NCBI RefSeq assembly: GCF_000009965.1
Contig: NC_006624.1
Span: 1,350,001 to 1,382,000 of the forward strand
From: Thermococcus kodakarensis KOD1
GTDB taxonomy: Archaea > Methanobacteriota_B > Thermococci > Thermococcales > Thermococcaceae
DNA: 32,000 nucleotides
Direction: 5' to 3'
The translations under genes and the position numbers were made by a program. Below the pieces are notes generated by a model. That model was not told the DNA's origin. It was given only the letters and a program-made list of their open reading frames with translations, and searched no databases. This document shows positions 31,225 to 32,000 of this stretch, piece by piece; the first letter of the stretch is position 1, and every line of letters starts with the position of its first letter.

Positions 31225-32000
31225 TCTGATCCCTCCAGGAGTTCTCTAATCCTGTCCTCATCTATAACCTTAACCCCCTCAGGGACGTGCTTGAAACTCT
31301 TACCAATCAGGAGATAGTGGGCTTCCCCCTTCCAGCCAGTCAGCTCTACATTCTTTCTGAGTTCTTCCACGAGTTTCTTCCCATTCTGGGCACGGTTTCT
31401 CCATTTGCACTCTCCGAATATTGCGCGCTTTCCGGTCTCGTCAAGGGCGACAACGTCTATTTCGTACACCTTCTTAACTCCGTCTTCCCTGTAATATCCC
31501 CAGTGTCTTCCGATGGTCGCTGGCCTGAAGGGCAGTTCCTCAAGGAGAACCAGCTCCCTGCAGGCGAAGTCAAACCTCTTGCCCATGTAATCGCCCAGCC
31601 CCTTTTTCACTTCTTCCCACACTTTCCTTCTCTCGAACTCGTACATGCTCAGCTTTGGCTGAACGAACCTGAACCAGAAAGCTATCAGCGGGTGGCTTAT
31701 GTGGAGGATGCTCCTTTTCCCAAGAACTGCCCTGTCGTAGTCAACAAGTCTGAAATAGTAAACGAGCTCCCTGAGCTGTCTAGTCAGAGAAGTTTCGTCC
31801 CTGTTGAGATAGCCGGCTATTCCGCTTATCGAGGTGGCCCCGTTGGCTATGGCCTCCAAGATATCATAGTAAACCCCAGATCTCTTTCCGAACTCAAGGG
31901 AGAGCATCTTGGGCACTTCTTCGGCGAGAGGGGCGTATTCCTCGAAAAACAGCTCCCTCAGGATTTCCTCTGCGCTTCTCCCTTCCAGACCTTCATCCTC
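31221..32000 (-). CDS. Second archaeal ATPase/DUF234-type protein; only wHTH + DUF234-like C-terminal part is in the window (5' end beyond window end)
   Basis: Track lists 31221-31916, but my translation stays open upstream to base 32000 (EDEGLEGRSAEEILRELFFEEYAPLAEEVPKMLSLEF...). C-terminal VYEIDVVALDETGKRAIFGECKWRN (D..ExK). Paralogous to the gene at 1-1198. Confidence 0.8.
   Translation of the reverse strand, partial: EDEGLEGRSAEEILRELFFEEYAPLAEEVPKMLSLEFGKRSGVYYDILEAIANGATSISGIAGYLNRDETSLTRQLRELVYYFRLVDYDRAVLGKRSILHISHPLIAFWFRFVQPKLSMYEFERRKVWEEVKKGLGDYMGKRFDFACRELVLLEELPFRPATIGRHWGYYREDGVKKVYEIDVVALDETGKRAIFGECKWRNRAQNGKKLVEELRKNVELTGWKGEAHYLLIGKSFKHVPEGVKVIDEDRIRELLEGSE
31228..31244 (-). 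repeat. 17-mer GAACTCCTGGAGGGATC (copy 2) at a coupled stop/start junction
   Basis: Identical to 10646-10662. It ends 3 nt before the downstream start codon (ATG 31224) and encodes ELLEGS of the upstream ATPase plus the GGAGGG SD. Confidence 0.9.

Noticed and set aside
1-32000. Scan for tRNA, rRNA, CRISPR arrays, transposases, integrases and toxin-antitoxin pairs
   Set aside because: I saw no T-arm/GTTCRAATC-like tRNA signatures in the intergenic DNA, no regularly spaced direct repeats and no recombinase motifs. This was an eye scan only, so short or degenerate elements could have been missed.

Overview
Gene-dense segment (roughly 90% coding) that looks euryarchaeal, most likely Thermococcales. 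Support: GGAGG/GGTGA Shine-Dalgarno motifs, A/T-rich TATA boxes about 27 nt upstream of several start codons (leaderless geometry), and proteins I recognise as close to Pyrococcus/Thermococcus L10e, HisRS, AlaRS, Rnl3-type RNA ligase, AsnRS-like asparagine synthetase A and TtuA. I call 30 protein-coding genes. Two of them run off the window edges and are absent from the supplied ORF track. I also call one weak 38-codon ORF and two canonical C/D box sRNAs found by reading the intergenic DNA. I saw no rRNA, tRNA, CRISPR array, transposase or integrase. Points worth a second look: (i) at 8.4-13.0 kb, a polytopic QxxRW-type GT2 synthase with an apparent C-terminal frameshift lies divergent from a 145-aa orphan and a 753-aa GT-C-like membrane protein. 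This is my best candidate for an undescribed archaeal surface-glycan system. (ii) A low-GC islet between hisS and alaS (20.5-23.7 kb) holds a secreted single-HKD PLD-family lipoprotein with a cysteine-studded coiled coil, a C/D sRNA abutting a coiled-coil ORF, and a 476-aa orphan. (iii) An Fe-alcohol dehydrogenase has lost its 5' end and sits beside a two-gene cassette that includes a stand-alone DUF234-like nuclease core. (iv) An identical 17-mer with identical spacing occurs at two translationally coupled gene junctions. (v) A stand-alone, degenerate secretion-ATPase-like P-loop protein. All family calls are motif recognition by eye. No searches were run, and start codons were refined only from SD/TATA context.
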